Positions 9,779 to 20,146 of a DNA stretch of 64,000 nt are shown here, one piece after another. The stretch is from a bacterium. Its GTDB lineage: Bacteria > UBA8248. Location: assembly GCA_965261085.1 (NCBI GenBank), contig OZ253442.1, positions 1,696,001 through 1,760,000 of the forward strand, written 5' to 3'. A program made the position numbers and the translations under genes. Position 1 is the stretch's first letter; every line of letters starts with the position of its first letter. A model generated the notes under the pieces. The model ran no database searches. It was given only the letters and a program-made list of their open reading frames with translations, and was not told where the DNA came from.

Positions 9779-9854
9779 TGGTGCGCGTGGCAGGAGTCGA
9801 ACCTGCGACTTCCTGCTCCGGAGGCAGGCGCTCTATCCTCTGAGCTACACGCGC
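9779..9854 (-). tRNA. tRNA-Arg(CCG)
   Basis: GCGCGTGTAGCTCAGAGGATAGAGCGCCTGCCT-CCG-GAGCAGGAAGTCGCAGGTTCGACTCCTGCCACGCGCACCA: full cloverleaf, 76 nt, encoded CCA. Confidence 0.97.
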
Positions 9855-9886
9855 ATATTCATCAAAGACTTAAAAAAACCTCACCC

Positions 9887-10126
9887 CTATATCTTGGAGT
9901 GCGTGCCGTCGCACATGGGCGCGTTGCCCGTCTGCTTGCAGCCGCAAAAGGCGCAGGTCTTGCCCGCCTGAACGTCGAGCACGATGGGGCGGAATTCCGA
10001 TCCCTTGTGCGAGCCGTCACAGAAAGGCTGCGATTTGCTCAGGCCGCATGCGCACCAGGCGACTTTTTCATCTTTTTCCGGTTTATAGATATAAGGCGAT
10101 TTCTGGGCCATGTGGGGGTCGGCCAT
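9887..10126 (-). CDS. CDGSH iron-sulfur domain protein (two motifs)
   Basis: WCACGLSKSQPFCDGSH and FCGCKQTGNAPMCDGTH; start at MADPH after a GGAG RBS. Confidence 0.92.
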   Translation of the reverse strand: MADPHMAQKSPYIYKPEKDEKVAWCACGLSKSQPFCDGSHKGSEFRPIVLDVQAGKTCAFCGCKQTGNAPMCDGTHSKI

Positions 10127-10284
10127 CGATACGTTCTCCTTTCGTGCAACGCGGTGGTCGGTATGGAATTCGTCCGGTATTCTAGTCCGAATCATCGCCC
10201 TTGAAAAGAAGGCTGCGCCGCAAGGCCGCCGGTTCGTGTGGCGCAGATGCGAAATGCCCTATTTGTAAGTGAAACGGAGCGCAT

Positions 10285-10923
10285 ATGCCCGCATCCTCGA
10301 CCGCGCGTCTTCTGCGCGTATTGGAGCAAACCTACCCCGCTGCGCGCTGCGCGCTTCACTACCAAAACCCGCTCGAACTGCTGGTGGCGACGATGCTCTC
10401 CGCCCAATGCACGGATGAGCGGGTGAACAAGGTCACCCCCGCTCTTTTCGCCCGCTACCCGGACGCCGCCTCTTTTGCGGAGGCGGAGCCCGCTGAACTC
10501 GAGGAATTGATTCACTCCTGTGGCTTTTATCGCCAGAAGGCGAAGTCCATACGCGCGTGCTGTCGCCGCCTCACCGAGGAATTCGGGGGTGAAGTACCCG
10601 ATGAGATGGATGATCTGGTGACCCTTCCGGGTGTGGGGCGCAAGACGGCCAACGTCGTTCTGAACGAGGCTTACGGGCGGCCCGCCATCGCCGTGGATAC
10701 GCACGTTCTGCGCACGGGGAACAGGCTGGGCTTGATATCGACGCGCGACCCGGTGAAGGCCGAGTTCCAACTCTTAGACGCCGTGCCGAAAAAATGGTGG
10801 GGTCGCGTCACCTTGTTGTTGATTCACCACGGGAGAAATTGCTGCTCGGCGAGAAAGCCCCGTTGCGCGGATTGTCCGATTCTGGAGGATTGTCCCCATG
10901 GCCGGGAGGTTGTCTCTCCTTGA
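10285..10923 (+). CDS. nth: Endonuclease III
   Basis: LSAQCTDERVN, HhH LPGVGRKTANVV, AVDTHV, C-terminal 4Fe-4S CX6CX2CX5C. Confidence 0.95.
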   Translation: MPASSTARLLRVLEQTYPAARCALHYQNPLELLVATMLSAQCTDERVNKVTPALFARYPDAASFAEAEPAELEELIHSCGFYRQKAKSIRACCRRLTEEFGGEVPDEMDDLVTLPGVGRKTANVVLNEAYGRPAIAVDTHVLRTGNRLGLISTRDPVKAEFQLLDAVPKKWWGRVTLLLIHHGRNCCSARKPRCADCPILEDCPHGREVVSP

Positions 10924-11032
10924 TGGTTTCGGTTTGTTCCCTATCGGGCTGGACAATTGAATTTCCGAGTCTTTATAATCAGGTATTGATCATTCGTCTT
11001 GTGAAGCCGAACCCGTAATCCGGAGGTTATCC

Positions 11033-12031
11033 ATGGCCAATGGCGCAGCCGTCGGTACCGACACGATTCTGGAACTAAGAGATCTGCACACCTATTTTCA
11101 TACGCCCGAGGGCACGGTGCGCGCCGTGGACGGCGTGAGCTACAGCTTAAAAGCGGGAGAGACGCTCGGGGTCGTGGGCGAGTCGGGGTGCGGCAAGACG
11201 GTGACGGCGCTTTCGGTGCTTCGCCTCATACCCGAGCCGCCGGGCGAGATATTCGGAGACGGCATCTTCTTCGAGGGCCTCGATCTGACGAAGCTCAACA
11301 CGAAGGAGTTGCGCAAGATTCGGGGTAATCACATCTCGATGATCTTCCAGGAGCCGATGACGAGCTTAAACCCGGTGTTCACCATCGGCTTCCAGATCGC
11401 CGAAGCCGTTATGCTCCACCAGGGGATGACGAAAAAAGACGCGATGGACAAGGCCGCCGAGATGCTCGACCTGGTCGGCATCCCCCTGCCGCGCCAAAGG
11501 GTCCGGGAATATCCCCACCAACTCTCGGGCGGCATGCGGCAGCGCGCGATGATCGCCATGGCGCTCTCGTGCAACCCGAAAATCCTCCTGGCCGATGAGC
11601 CGACCACGGCGCTCGACGTGACCATCCAGGCGCAGATTCTCGACCTCATGGTCAAATTGCAGGACGACCTGGGCACGGCGGTCATCCTCATCACGCACGA
11701 TTTGGGTCTCGTGGCCGAGACTTGCAAACGCGTCGTCGTGATGTACGCCGGCAAGGTGGTCGAGGAAGCGACGACGGAGGAAATTTTCGGAAACCCGCTC
11801 CATCCCTACACACGGGGGTTGCTCAACTCGATACCGAAGATCAACACCACCAACCCGGGCCAGCGTATTCGACTGGAGGAGATCAAGGGCATCGTGCCCA
11901 GCTTGAACCGCCTGCCGACGGGTTGCAGCTTCAATCCGAGGTGCCCCGAGGTGAAGGCGATGTGCCTGGAGCACGAACCCGAACTCAAAGAGGTAACTCC
12001 CGGGCACTTCGTCCGCTGTCTGCTCTATTAG
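11033..12031 (+). CDS. Oligopeptide/dipeptide ABC transporter ATP-binding protein (OppD/DppD-like)
   Basis: [39 protein letters not shown]-terminal Cys cluster. Confidence 0.95.
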   Translation: MANGAAVGTDTILELRDLHTYFHTPEGTVRAVDGVSYSLKAGETLGVVGESGCGKTVTALSVLRLIPEPPGEIFGDGIFFEGLDLTKLNTKELRKIRGNHISMIFQEPMTSLNPVFTIGFQIAEAVMLHQGMTKKDAMDKAAEMLDLVGIPLPRQRVREYPHQLSGGMRQRAMIAMALSCNPKILLADEPTTALDVTIQAQILDLMVKLQDDLGTAVILITHDLGLVAETCKRVVVMYAGKVVEEATTEEIFGNPLHPYTRGLLNSIPKINTTNPGQRIRLEEIKGIVPSLNRLPTGCSFNPRCPEVKAMCLEHEPELKEVTPGHFVRCLLY

Positions 12032-12263
12032 CCGCGTTCCCCGCCACTGAGGCCATCCGAAATCATTTTCTCTCCTCCTCTTGGAGAAAATATAGATTTT
12101 GGGATATAGTCGCCTTTCTGTGGACTCGGTTGTTGGTCCAGATTGACCTGATTTTGAATCCGCACGCGCGTGGTCGATGGCGAGAATCCTGACGTATGGA
12201 CTCGATTCCGGATTCGCCTTTTAAGGCCGCAGCGACTGCAAAGGCAGGAAAGGAAACGCATAC

Positions 12264-13409
12264 ATGTCATTGATTCGCATCGCCATCGCCGGCGTCGGGA
12301 ACTGCGCGAGTTCCTTGCTACAGGGCATCGAGTATTACCGCCATGATCCCGAAGAGGAACTGGGCCTCATGCACCGGGATCTGGGCGGCTATGGGCCCGA
12401 AGACGTCGAGGTCGTGGCGGCTTTCGACATCGACGTCCGCAAGGTGGGGCAGCCGCTTCACGTAGCGGCCTTCGCCAAGCCCAACTGCACCAAAACGATC
12501 TGGGAGAACCTGCCCGACTACGGGGTGAACGTCCTGATGGGACCCATCCTCGACGGGGTGGCGTCCCACATGGCGGAATATGCTTCTGATCGCTCTTTTC
12601 TGCCCGCCGAGGCCGAACCCTGCGACGTGGCTGCGGAGCTTCGCGAGAGCGGCGCGGAAATCCTCCTGAACTTCATGCCCGTGGGTTCCGAGCAGGCGGC
12701 GCGCCACTACGCCGAAGCGTCGCTGGAAGCCGGTGTTTCCTTCATCAACTGCATGCCGGTGTTCATCGTCTCCGACCCCGAATGGGCGGGCCGATTCACC
12801 GAGGCGGGCATTCCCGTGGTGGGAGACGACGTGAAGGCCCAGCTCGGCGCCACCATACTCCACCGCACACTCGCCAGGCTGTGCGCGGACAGGGGCGTGA
12901 AGCTAAAGCGCACCTATCAGCTGAACACGGGCGGGAACACCGATTTTCTGAACATGCTGGAGCGCTCCCGTCTCAAATCGAAGAAAATCTCGAAAACGGA
13001 CGCCGTGCAGAGCCAGTTGCCCGAACCACTCGATTCGGACGACATCCACATCGGCCCCTCAGACTACGTGCCCTGGCAGAACGACAATAAGATATGTTTC
13101 CTGAGAATCGAGGCGGAAGGCTTCGGCGGCGTGCCGCTCGAAATCGAAGCGCGCCTCTCGGTCGAGGATTCCCCCAACTCGGGCGGCGTCGTCATCGACG
13201 TGATTCGCCTGGCGCGCATCGCGCGCGACAGGGGCGAGGCGGGGCCGCTCTACCCGGTGAGCGCCTATATGATGAAACACCCCCCGGTGCAGGTGCCCGA
13301 TTCCGTATCGCGCATCATGATCGACGAGTTCATCGCGGGCGATCTGCGTGCGAGCGATCAGGTCGAGTTCAACGGAAACGGTTTGCCTGCGCGCTACCAT
13401 CACAAATAG
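12264..13409 (+). CDS. ino1: Myo-inositol-1-phosphate synthase
   Basis: GVGNCASSL, GDDVKAQLGAT, YQLNTGGNTDFLNM, KKISKT, EDSPNSGG. Confidence 0.95.
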   Translation: MSLIRIAIAGVGNCASSLLQGIEYYRHDPEEELGLMHRDLGGYGPEDVEVVAAFDIDVRKVGQPLHVAAFAKPNCTKTIWENLPDYGVNVLMGPILDGVASHMAEYASDRSFLPAEAEPCDVAAELRESGAEILLNFMPVGSEQAARHYAEASLEAGVSFINCMPVFIVSDPEWAGRFTEAGIPVVGDDVKAQLGATILHRTLARLCADRGVKLKRTYQLNTGGNTDFLNMLERSRLKSKKISKTDAVQSQLPEPLDSDDIHIGPSDYVPWQNDNKICFLRIEAEGFGGVPLEIEARLSVEDSPNSGGVVIDVIRLARIARDRGEAGPLYPVSAYMMKHPPVQVPDSVSRIMIDEFIAGDLRASDQVEFNGNGLPARYHHK

Positions 13410-13431
13410 TTCCTCGCTTCAGAGAAAATTC

Positions 13432-13465
13432 AGCCCCCGGGTTTGACGCCCGGGGGTTTTTGTTT
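13432..13465 (+). terminator. Rho-independent terminator, possibly bidirectional
   Basis: GCCCCCGGG-loop-CCCGGGGGT followed by a T-tract, between convergent genes. Confidence 0.75.
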
Positions 13466-13475
13466 ACAAGGCGCA

Positions 13476-13886
13476 TCAATTCCCGCCGTAGGTCTCTCCC
13501 GCTCGCTCTGAAAGTTCTATTCGCACGTCCTCGGGCCCCCGGATGTAGGCCGTCGTTCTGCCCCCCATGCCCGAAGGAGAAGGGTCGCGGATGAAATCCG
13601 CCCCTGCTTCTTTCATCTGGGCGGCGAGGCCGTGAATGTCGTCCACGGCGAAGGAGAAGTGGTCGAGACCCATGACGGCCTCGGGATGGTTCTCGCCGAT
13701 GCTCTCCCCGGGCCGCACGCCCCTTAGGAAAAGCCTGGCTTCCCCGACGCGGACGACGGCGTTGGGCGCGCCATGAAAGTTTTCTTCCTGGTAGATGACT
13801 TCGCCGCCGAAGATGTCCTCGAAGAAGGCGACCATCTTTCCTGAATCCTTGCAGATAATGTGCACATGATCGAACGATAAGCCCAT
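13476..13886 (-). CDS. VOC/glyoxalase family protein
   Basis: FDHVHI, GLDHFSFAVDD, YIRGPEDVRIEL. Confidence 0.88.
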   Translation of the reverse strand: MGLSFDHVHIICKDSGKMVAFFEDIFGGEVIYQEENFHGAPNAVVRVGEARLFLRGVRPGESIGENHPEAVMGLDHFSFAVDDIHGLAAQMKEAGADFIRDPSPSGMGGRTTAYIRGPEDVRIELSERAGETYGGN

Positions 13887-14011
13887 GGATGACTCCTTTT
13901 ATATGACGGTTGGAACCCCTCGTTTTGATGAGGGCCAATGTCGCCCGTTCGGGGGCGTGTGGTCAATCGCTCTCATCGTGTAGAATGATGAACCTTAAAG
14001 AGGAGGTGCGC

Positions 14012-14914
14012 ATGGCCGGTATGCAGAAAGTGCCCACCAGTTGGAAAACGGGGCTTCAGCGCATGGCCCCGGGTGTTTACGCCTACATTCAGGCGGGCGG
14101 GCTGAACGTCTCGAACGCAGGCCTCGTCGTGGGAGATGATGAAGCTCTCGTCGTCGATGCGCTATACGTGCGGCCGATGACGCAGGCTTTTCAGGAGTCG
14201 ATCCGAAAGGCGACCCGAAAGCCTGTGCGCAAGATAGTCTGCACCCACCACCATGCGGATCACACACTGGGGCTCACCTGGTTTGATAAGGATATCCCCA
14301 TCATCGCGCACCGCTACATGCGCGAGCGGATGGTGGAAACGGGCCTCGACCTCGCGCATTACAGGGGCGTGAACCCCGAGCACGCGGGAGAACTGAAAAA
14401 TCTCAAACAGCGGTTTCCCACCATCGCCTATGAGGGGGGGATGACGCTGCGCCTGGGCAAGCGCGTCGTGGAACTCCACCACCTGGGCCATGCGCATTCC
14501 AAGGGCGACACCGTCGTCTATCTGCCGAAAGAACGCGTTCTCTTCACGGGAGATATCTGCTTTCACTTCGTCACGCCCGCCACGTTCGATGGCCACATAA
14601 GTGGGTGGATACGGATTGCCGAGAAGATACTGAAAACCTTCTCCATCGAGAGGGTCGTTCCGGGGCACGGGCCGCCGGGGGATAAGGGAGCGCTTCAGGA
14701 GACCTTGGGGTACTTGAGGCTCGTGCGCCGTGAGGCGAAAAAGCGTTTCGAGAAAGGGATGCCGCCTATGCGCGCCGCGCGCGAGATTCCCTTAGGGCGA
14801 TATGCGGACTGGATGAAGCCGGACCGCGTCGAGCAGGCCGTGATGAAGCTCTATAACGAATTCAAAGGCAGAGGCGAGCAAGGGATATCGCTTCACGACG
14901 CACGGGGCGGATGA
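14012..14914 (+). CDS. MBL-fold metallo-hydrolase (cyclase-like)
   Basis: SNAGL, THHHADH, AHSKGD, FTGD, VPGHG; start placed after AGGAGG. Confidence 0.9.
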   Translation: MAGMQKVPTSWKTGLQRMAPGVYAYIQAGGLNVSNAGLVVGDDEALVVDALYVRPMTQAFQESIRKATRKPVRKIVCTHHHADHTLGLTWFDKDIPIIAHRYMRERMVETGLDLAHYRGVNPEHAGELKNLKQRFPTIAYEGGMTLRLGKRVVELHHLGHAHSKGDTVVYLPKERVLFTGDICFHFVTPATFDGHISGWIRIAEKILKTFSIERVVPGHGPPGDKGALQETLGYLRLVRREAKKRFEKGMPPMRAAREIPLGRYADWMKPDRVEQAVMKLYNEFKGRGEQGISLHDARGG

Positions 14915-15309
14915 GTCTCCGGGCCGGGCCGCCTGAAAGCCGGGAGGGCGCGATGCCCGAAAATTACGACCAAAGACGAAGCCGCTGCATGCTCGATCAA
15001 TCCTCGAACACCCAGAACCCCATACACCTCATCTTGAGAAGCCCCTATGCGCTCAAAACGGGCTATGCGGATTCGCATGATGACGTGCGCGCCCTACTCG
15101 ACGCCTATAACACCCTGGCTACTCTGGATGAGCCCGCCGCCGATGCGCGCGAAGCCCTGGCCAAAGACGCAGATGCGCTCTCATCGCACTACGCCCGCGC
15201 GCACATGTCGGCCCTCTCTGAACACCTGGGTTTTCTCGCGGAACTCCTGCGCAGCGGCTACCCCATCCGGCCGGTGATGGATGCGACCAGGCTGGAGGAA
15301 ATTTCGTAG
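14911..15309 (+). CDS. Hypothetical protein
   Basis: ATGA overlap with the upstream gene, helical-looking sequence; no recognised motif. Confidence 0.4.
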   Translation: MSLRAGPPESREGAMPENYDQRRSRCMLDQSSNTQNPIHLILRSPYALKTGYADSHDDVRALLDAYNTLATLDEPAADAREALAKDADALSSHYARAHMSALSEHLGFLAELLRSGYPIRPVMDATRLEEIS

Positions 15310-15532
15310 AATCGAAAAAATTGCTGCTCGGTAGTTTTCAATTAAAGGTTGCAAGAAGTTTCAATTTTCGCTATCATTACGCCTGTCCTTGAAGTTTATA
15401 TTCTGCTACTATATTTTGTGTGCAGATTGCTAATTTCTACAAGATGCGGTAATTATATCTATCATTCAACTTAACGATGAGCTAATATATTTGCATGAAC
15501 GATGTGCCTCGATTCGTATGGCTCTCTAAACT

Positions 15533-16585
15533 ATGGATAATTCCAAAAATTTGATGACATTCCACAATTACCATGAAACCGAGAAGGGAAAAATGGTATT
15601 GGGGGACTCGGCTGAGTTCTTGTCTCTCTGCGAAGAAAATTCCGTCAATCTCATAATGACAAGCCCTCCTTTCGGCTTGGTTAGAAAAAAGGACTATGGA
15701 AACGTACATGCGGATGACTATATAGATTGGTTCAAACCTTTCGCGCAACATTTCAAGCGGGTTTTAAGGGATGATGGCAGTTTGGTAATTGATATCGGAG
15801 GTGCCTGGAATCAGGGACAGCCGACGAGGCATCTTTATCACTTCAAATTATTGATCATGCTTTGCGAAGAATACGGATTTCATTTAGCGCAAGATTTTTA
15901 CTGGTGGAATCCATCGAAGTTGCCGACACCGGCGGAGTGGGTGACTGTAAGAAGAATCAGGGTCAAGGATAGCATCAATACCGTTTGGTGGTTGTCGAAA
16001 ACTCCCTGGCCAAAAGCCAGTAATCGTAGAGTTCTCCAGCCATACAGCGACAGTATGAAAGAGCTTTTGGAAAAAGGATACAAACCAAAAGCTCGGCCAT
16101 CGGGTCATGATATTAGTGAGAAATTCAGGGTCAATAATGGGGCGGCAATTCCACCTAATTTGCTTGCTGTTCCTAATACGGAAAGCAATAGTTTTTATTT
16201 GAGATATTGCCAGTCAAAAGGGTTGAAACCCAATCCCGCTAGGTATCCGGCGCAAATACCCGAGTATTTCGTTCGTATGCTGACTGATAAAGACGATTTG
16301 GTTTTAGACCCGTTCGCCGGAAGTTGCGTCACCGGTGAAGTATGCGAGCGACTGGAGAGAAAGTGGATATGTATCGAACTTGTTGAGGAGTATCTGAAAG
16401 GCGCAATCGGGCGATTCGGAAGTTCTGCGGAAATGAGTATGAATGTCGGATATACAAAGGCCTCCTCGAATTATTATAGAATCCCCAAACTTGGCTCTTT
16501 CTGGAATGGCACGCCAAATGATGTGCTACCCTCCGATGGTGGAAGAAAAAGGCCGAACAAAAAAATACAAAAAGTAGATGGTTAG
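15533..16585 (+). CDS. N4-cytosine/N6-adenine DNA methyltransferase, beta class
   Basis: Motif IV TSPPF precedes motif I VLDPFAGS; AT-rich relative to flanks. Confidence 0.92.
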   Translation: MDNSKNLMTFHNYHETEKGKMVLGDSAEFLSLCEENSVNLIMTSPPFGLVRKKDYGNVHADDYIDWFKPFAQHFKRVLRDDGSLVIDIGGAWNQGQPTRHLYHFKLLIMLCEEYGFHLAQDFYWWNPSKLPTPAEWVTVRRIRVKDSINTVWWLSKTPWPKASNRRVLQPYSDSMKELLEKGYKPKARPSGHDISEKFRVNNGAAIPPNLLAVPNTESNSFYLRYCQSKGLKPNPARYPAQIPEYFVRMLTDKDDLVLDPFAGSCVTGEVCERLERKWICIELVEEYLKGAIGRFGSSAEMSMNVGYTKASSNYYRIPKLGSFWNGTPNDVLPSDGGRKRPNKKIQKVDG

Positions 16586-17576
16586 GCTAAGTAAAAAACA
16601 ATTACTGAAACACGTTGAGAATTCTTTTGCTGAAAGTGGATGGATTTTTTTCTATATATCAAGCACCGGCACTCACCCTGCACGATTCCATATCTATCGA
16701 AATGATCAGAGATTCATAGTTCGAGTTTACATCTGGAACCTTACACATGGTGGAGGCGTAGCCCGTCCCCCAGATGAATATAGAATTCAGATCACGGGGT
16801 TTGATCATTTTGAACCCGAACCGGAAGGCGTAACCTTGATTCTCGGTTGGTGGGATGACGCAGGTGTTTTTGCGGGATTTGATTATAAGCATCATTCAGG
16901 AATTTTGGGGTCTTCGCCGTCGATTCAAATTCAAGAATCAGCTTTGAGAACGGCGGCAATCAATGGATTCGCCCCGTACAATAAAGGCAGTGGGGAGCTG
17001 TCTATCGCTTTTCGACCGGATTTTATCGGAGCTTATGTCGAAAACATAGAGCACCTTCATGATTGCGGAAAAGCGAATTCCGATAGAGAAATTTTGATGA
17101 AAGTTGCGAATGAACCGGACTCTGTCGAAGACATCGAAATAGAAACGAGTGTTACCCAAAAGCGCCGGTATGCAATTACATCGACTCGTAGGGCCTTGAG
17201 AGATATTAATTTTCGGGATCGCGTTTTGACCGCTTATAAACATCGTTGCGCATTTTGTGGAATTCAACTCAAATTACTCGACAGTGCGCATATTTTACCT
17301 GCCAGGCATCCCGCAAGTAGTGATCTTACGTCGAATGGAATCGCATTGTGCGCTTTGCATCATAGGGCATACGATAGGTCTTTAATCACGTTTGATTCTA
17401 GTTTTCAAACAAAAACGAACAATGTAAAAATTCAAGAGTTTAAAGAGACTGGACATGATGGTGGGCTGACAAGTTTCTTAAAAGCAATGAGGCCAATTTT
17501 AATTTTACCACCCGATAGGCGGGATCATCCTCGCGAAGATTTCATTCAGAAAGCAAATCGAATAAGAGGGTGGTGA
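16578..17576 (+). CDS. HNH endonuclease with an N-terminal methylase-associated domain (putative restriction component)
   Basis: FRDRVLTAYKHRCAFCG...DSAHI...NGIALCALHHRAYD; overlaps the MTase stop by 8 bp. Confidence 0.85.
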   Translation: MVRLSKKQLLKHVENSFAESGWIFFYISSTGTHPARFHIYRNDQRFIVRVYIWNLTHGGGVARPPDEYRIQITGFDHFEPEPEGVTLILGWWDDAGVFAGFDYKHHSGILGSSPSIQIQESALRTAAINGFAPYNKGSGELSIAFRPDFIGAYVENIEHLHDCGKANSDREILMKVANEPDSVEDIEIETSVTQKRRYAITSTRRALRDINFRDRVLTAYKHRCAFCGIQLKLLDSAHILPARHPASSDLTSNGIALCALHHRAYDRSLITFDSSFQTKTNNVKIQEFKETGHDGGLTSFLKAMRPILILPPDRRDHPREDFIQKANRIRGW

Positions 17577-17606
17577 ATTTTGTTGCAAGAACTTTGAGAG
17601 CCACAC

Positions 17607-17640
17607 AAAAAACCCCCGGAACTCACGCCCCGGGGGTTTC
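17607..17640. terminator. Bidirectional terminator hairpin
   Basis: AAAAAACCCCCGG-loop-CCGGGGGTTT between convergent genes. Confidence 0.7.
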
Positions 17641-17714
17641 TTATGGCTCGGCTTTTCTTACTTCACTACATCCGTTGCCCGCGTTGAGAGGGCTTTATGT
17701 TTTCCTCGCCCCTA

Positions 17715-18914
17715 TCAATGCCCGTTGGCGGCGGCGCCGGCGGGGGCTTCCGTGAGGCCGCAGAAGAACTCGTAGTCGATGAGTTCGGTGATCGATGGGC
17801 TGTCTCCGCACACCGGGCAGGCCGGGTCGCGCCTGATCTTGAGCGTTCTGAACTGCGATTTGAGCGCGTCGTACATCAGCAGTTTGCCGATCAAGGGTTC
17901 GCCGAAGCCCACGATGAGCTTGGCCGTCTCCGTCGCCTGGATGGAGCCCATCGTGCCGCACAGCGCGCCCAGCACGCCCGCGTCCTGGCAGGAGGGCACC
18001 ATGCCGGGAGGCGGCGGTTCGGGATAGAGGCAGCGGTAGCAGGGGCCGCCCTCTCCGGGGTGGTAGACGGTGGCTTGGCCCTCGAACTTGAAGATCGAGG
18101 CGTCGACGATGGGTTTACCGAGAAAGACCGCCGCGTCGTTCACGAGGTAGCGGGTCGGGAAGTTGTCCGCCCCGTTCACGATGACGTCGTAGTCTTTCAG
18201 GAGGTCGAGCGCGTTGTTGCGGTTAATCATCTCCTCGTGCGAGATGATGTTCACGTCCGGGTTCAGCGCGGTGAGGGTGGCCCTTGCGCTTTCCACCTTG
18301 GAGGTGCCCACGCGATCGTTCGTGTGGACGATCTGGCGCTGTAAGTTGCTCATGTCCACCACGTCCAGGTCCACGATGCCGATGTTGCCCACGCCCATGG
18401 CGGTCAGATAAAGCCCGGTCGGAGAACCCAGCCCGCCCGCGCCTATCAGGACGACCTTGGCGTCCAGGAGTTTGGACTGGCCTTTTTCCCCGATTTGAGA
18501 GAGCAGGAAGTGGCGGCTGTAGCGGTTTAACTGCTCGGCGCTCATCTGCTTGTCCACCTGGACGGGGAAGGCCAGGTCTTTCCATTTTCCGTAGCCGCCC
18601 GCCATGGATTTCACGTTCTGATAGCCCATGGACTGGAGCACCTGGCCCGCGAGCAGCGAGCGCACCCCACCCGCGCAATAAGCGATGATGGGCGTCGTCC
18701 TGTCGGGAACGACTTGTTCGATTTTAAGTTCCAGGAATCCTCGGCTCACGTGCTCGGCGCCCGGCAGGTAGCCGCCCCTGAATTCATCGGGTTCACGCAC
18801 GTCGATGAGCGCCACATCGGCGCCTGAATCGATGGCGGATTTCACTTCTTCCACCGTGATCTCAGGAACATCGCCCCGCGCGGCCTCGAGCAGATCCCGT
18901 CCTGTTTTAGACAT
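17715..18914 (-). CDS. moeB: Molybdopterin-synthase adenylyltransferase MoeB-like protein with N-terminal rhodanese domain
   Basis: DVREPDE / YCAGGVRS rhodanese; RYSRH, GAGGLG, SNLQRQ, CYRC, SCQDAGVLG, CPVC; start at MSKTG after GGAG. Confidence 0.9.
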   Translation of the reverse strand: MSKTGRDLLEAARGDVPEITVEEVKSAIDSGADVALIDVREPDEFRGGYLPGAEHVSRGFLELKIEQVVPDRTTPIIAYCAGGVRSLLAGQVLQSMGYQNVKSMAGGYGKWKDLAFPVQVDKQMSAEQLNRYSRHFLLSQIGEKGQSKLLDAKVVLIGAGGLGSPTGLYLTAMGVGNIGIVDLDVVDMSNLQRQIVHTNDRVGTSKVESARATLTALNPDVNIISHEEMINRNNALDLLKDYDVIVNGADNFPTRYLVNDAAVFLGKPIVDASIFKFEGQATVYHPGEGGPCYRCLYPEPPPPGMVPSCQDAGVLGALCGTMGSIQATETAKLIVGFGEPLIGKLLMYDALKSQFRTLKIRRDPACPVCGDSPSITELIDYEFFCGLTEAPAGAAANGH

Positions 18915-19124
18915 TTCTTGATCTCCTTTGCTGCCAGCGTTCGCTGAAAAGGGATATGGGATAAAAGAATCATATCGCGTAAGTCGTTTGGGTGGAAGAG
19001 CGCGCAGCGCCCGCCCCATAATTCTATTAAATACTAAACTAAATTACTCAAGAATAGCAAGCCTTCCACGAGAACCCCAAAATCGAGCCATTATCCCGGA
19101 AAATGCTCTTTATCGCCATGCGGG

Positions 19125-20003
19125 TTAATTCATCCCTGCGCTTTTTTCAAAAAACTCTAAAATGGCGTTTTGGTCCGCGTTCCCGTGCCCCAAAGCGGCC
19201 GCGCCCATATAGACCTGCCGCGCCATGGTTCCCAGCGGAATCGGCGTCGCGAGGCCATCGGCCATCGCCGCGATGATGCGTAAATCCTTGAGCATCAGGT
19301 TCACCGTGAACGTGGGCGTATAGTCCTTGGCGATCATGGGCGAGGCCTTGTATTCGAGAATCTTAGGGATGACGCTCGCCTTCAGGAACTCGACCATCTG
19401 CTCGGGGTCCAGACCCCCCTTCGTCCCCATCGTCAGCGCCTCGGCGATGGCGGAGATGTGGACCGCGAAGATGTGGTTCGTCACCAGCTTCATCTGGAGG
19501 CCCGCTCCGTTCGGGCCGAAATAATGGATCGAGGCGCTGAAGGCTTCTAAAACATCGCGGTGGGCTTCGAGTGCGGCCTCATCGCCCCCCACCATGATGG
19601 CGAGGGTTCCCGCTCTTGCGTGGGGCACGCTCCCGCTCACGGGGGTGTCCAGAAACCGGACCCCGCGCTTTTTCGCCTCCCCGGCGAGTTCCTGGCTGCC
19701 CTCGACCGTCAAGGTCGACAGGTCGAAACAGACCGTGCCTTCAGAAGCGGTGGTGAGCGCGCCGGTCTCGCCCAGATAGGCTTCTTTCGCGTGCTCGACT
19801 TCCGGCACCGAACTACAAATGACCTCCGCGCCCGAGGCGGCTTCCGCCGCCGTCTCTAAAACAGTAAGACCCGCTGCGGCCGCCCGCTCGCGCGTGGCTG
19901 GAACGGGGTCGAACCCGCGAACGTCGAAACCCGCCTTCACCAGATTTTTCGACATGCCCGAACCCATGTTGCCGAGACCCAGAAAAGCAACCACTTTCGC
20001 CAT
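19125..20003 (-). CDS. NAD(P)-dependent beta-hydroxyacid dehydrogenase (3-hydroxyisobutyrate dehydrogenase family), copy A
   Basis: GLGNMG, DTPVSG, MVGG, catalytic MKLVTN, KDL. Confidence 0.9.
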   Translation of the reverse strand: MAKVVAFLGLGNMGSGMSKNLVKAGFDVRGFDPVPATRERAAAAGLTVLETAAEAASGAEVICSSVPEVEHAKEAYLGETGALTTASEGTVCFDLSTLTVEGSQELAGEAKKRGVRFLDTPVSGSVPHARAGTLAIMVGGDEAALEAHRDVLEAFSASIHYFGPNGAGLQMKLVTNHIFAVHISAIAEALTMGTKGGLDPEQMVEFLKASVIPKILEYKASPMIAKDYTPTFTVNLMLKDLRIIAAMADGLATPIPLGTMARQVYMGAAALGHGNADQNAILEFFEKSAGMN

Positions 20004-20146
20004 TTTGCGTCACTCCTGAAATTTTATCACTTCGCTGATCAACGCCCATTCTGCGAATCGATGGGCTGTATTGAGACAAGGGCCATACCCCTGAAATTCG
20101 CAGAGGCTTTTCCCGGCGCAGGTGTCCGCTCCGCCTCCCATGAAAT

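Noticed and set aside
11033-12031. Orphan ABC ATPase as a novel system
   Set aside because: Canonical OppD/DppD sequence; partner genes elsewhere in the genome is the simpler explanation
17715-18914. MoeB as part of the ubiquitin-like system
   Set aside because: Ordinary rhodanese-MoeB with host-like composition, about 30 kb away; the operon has its own E1
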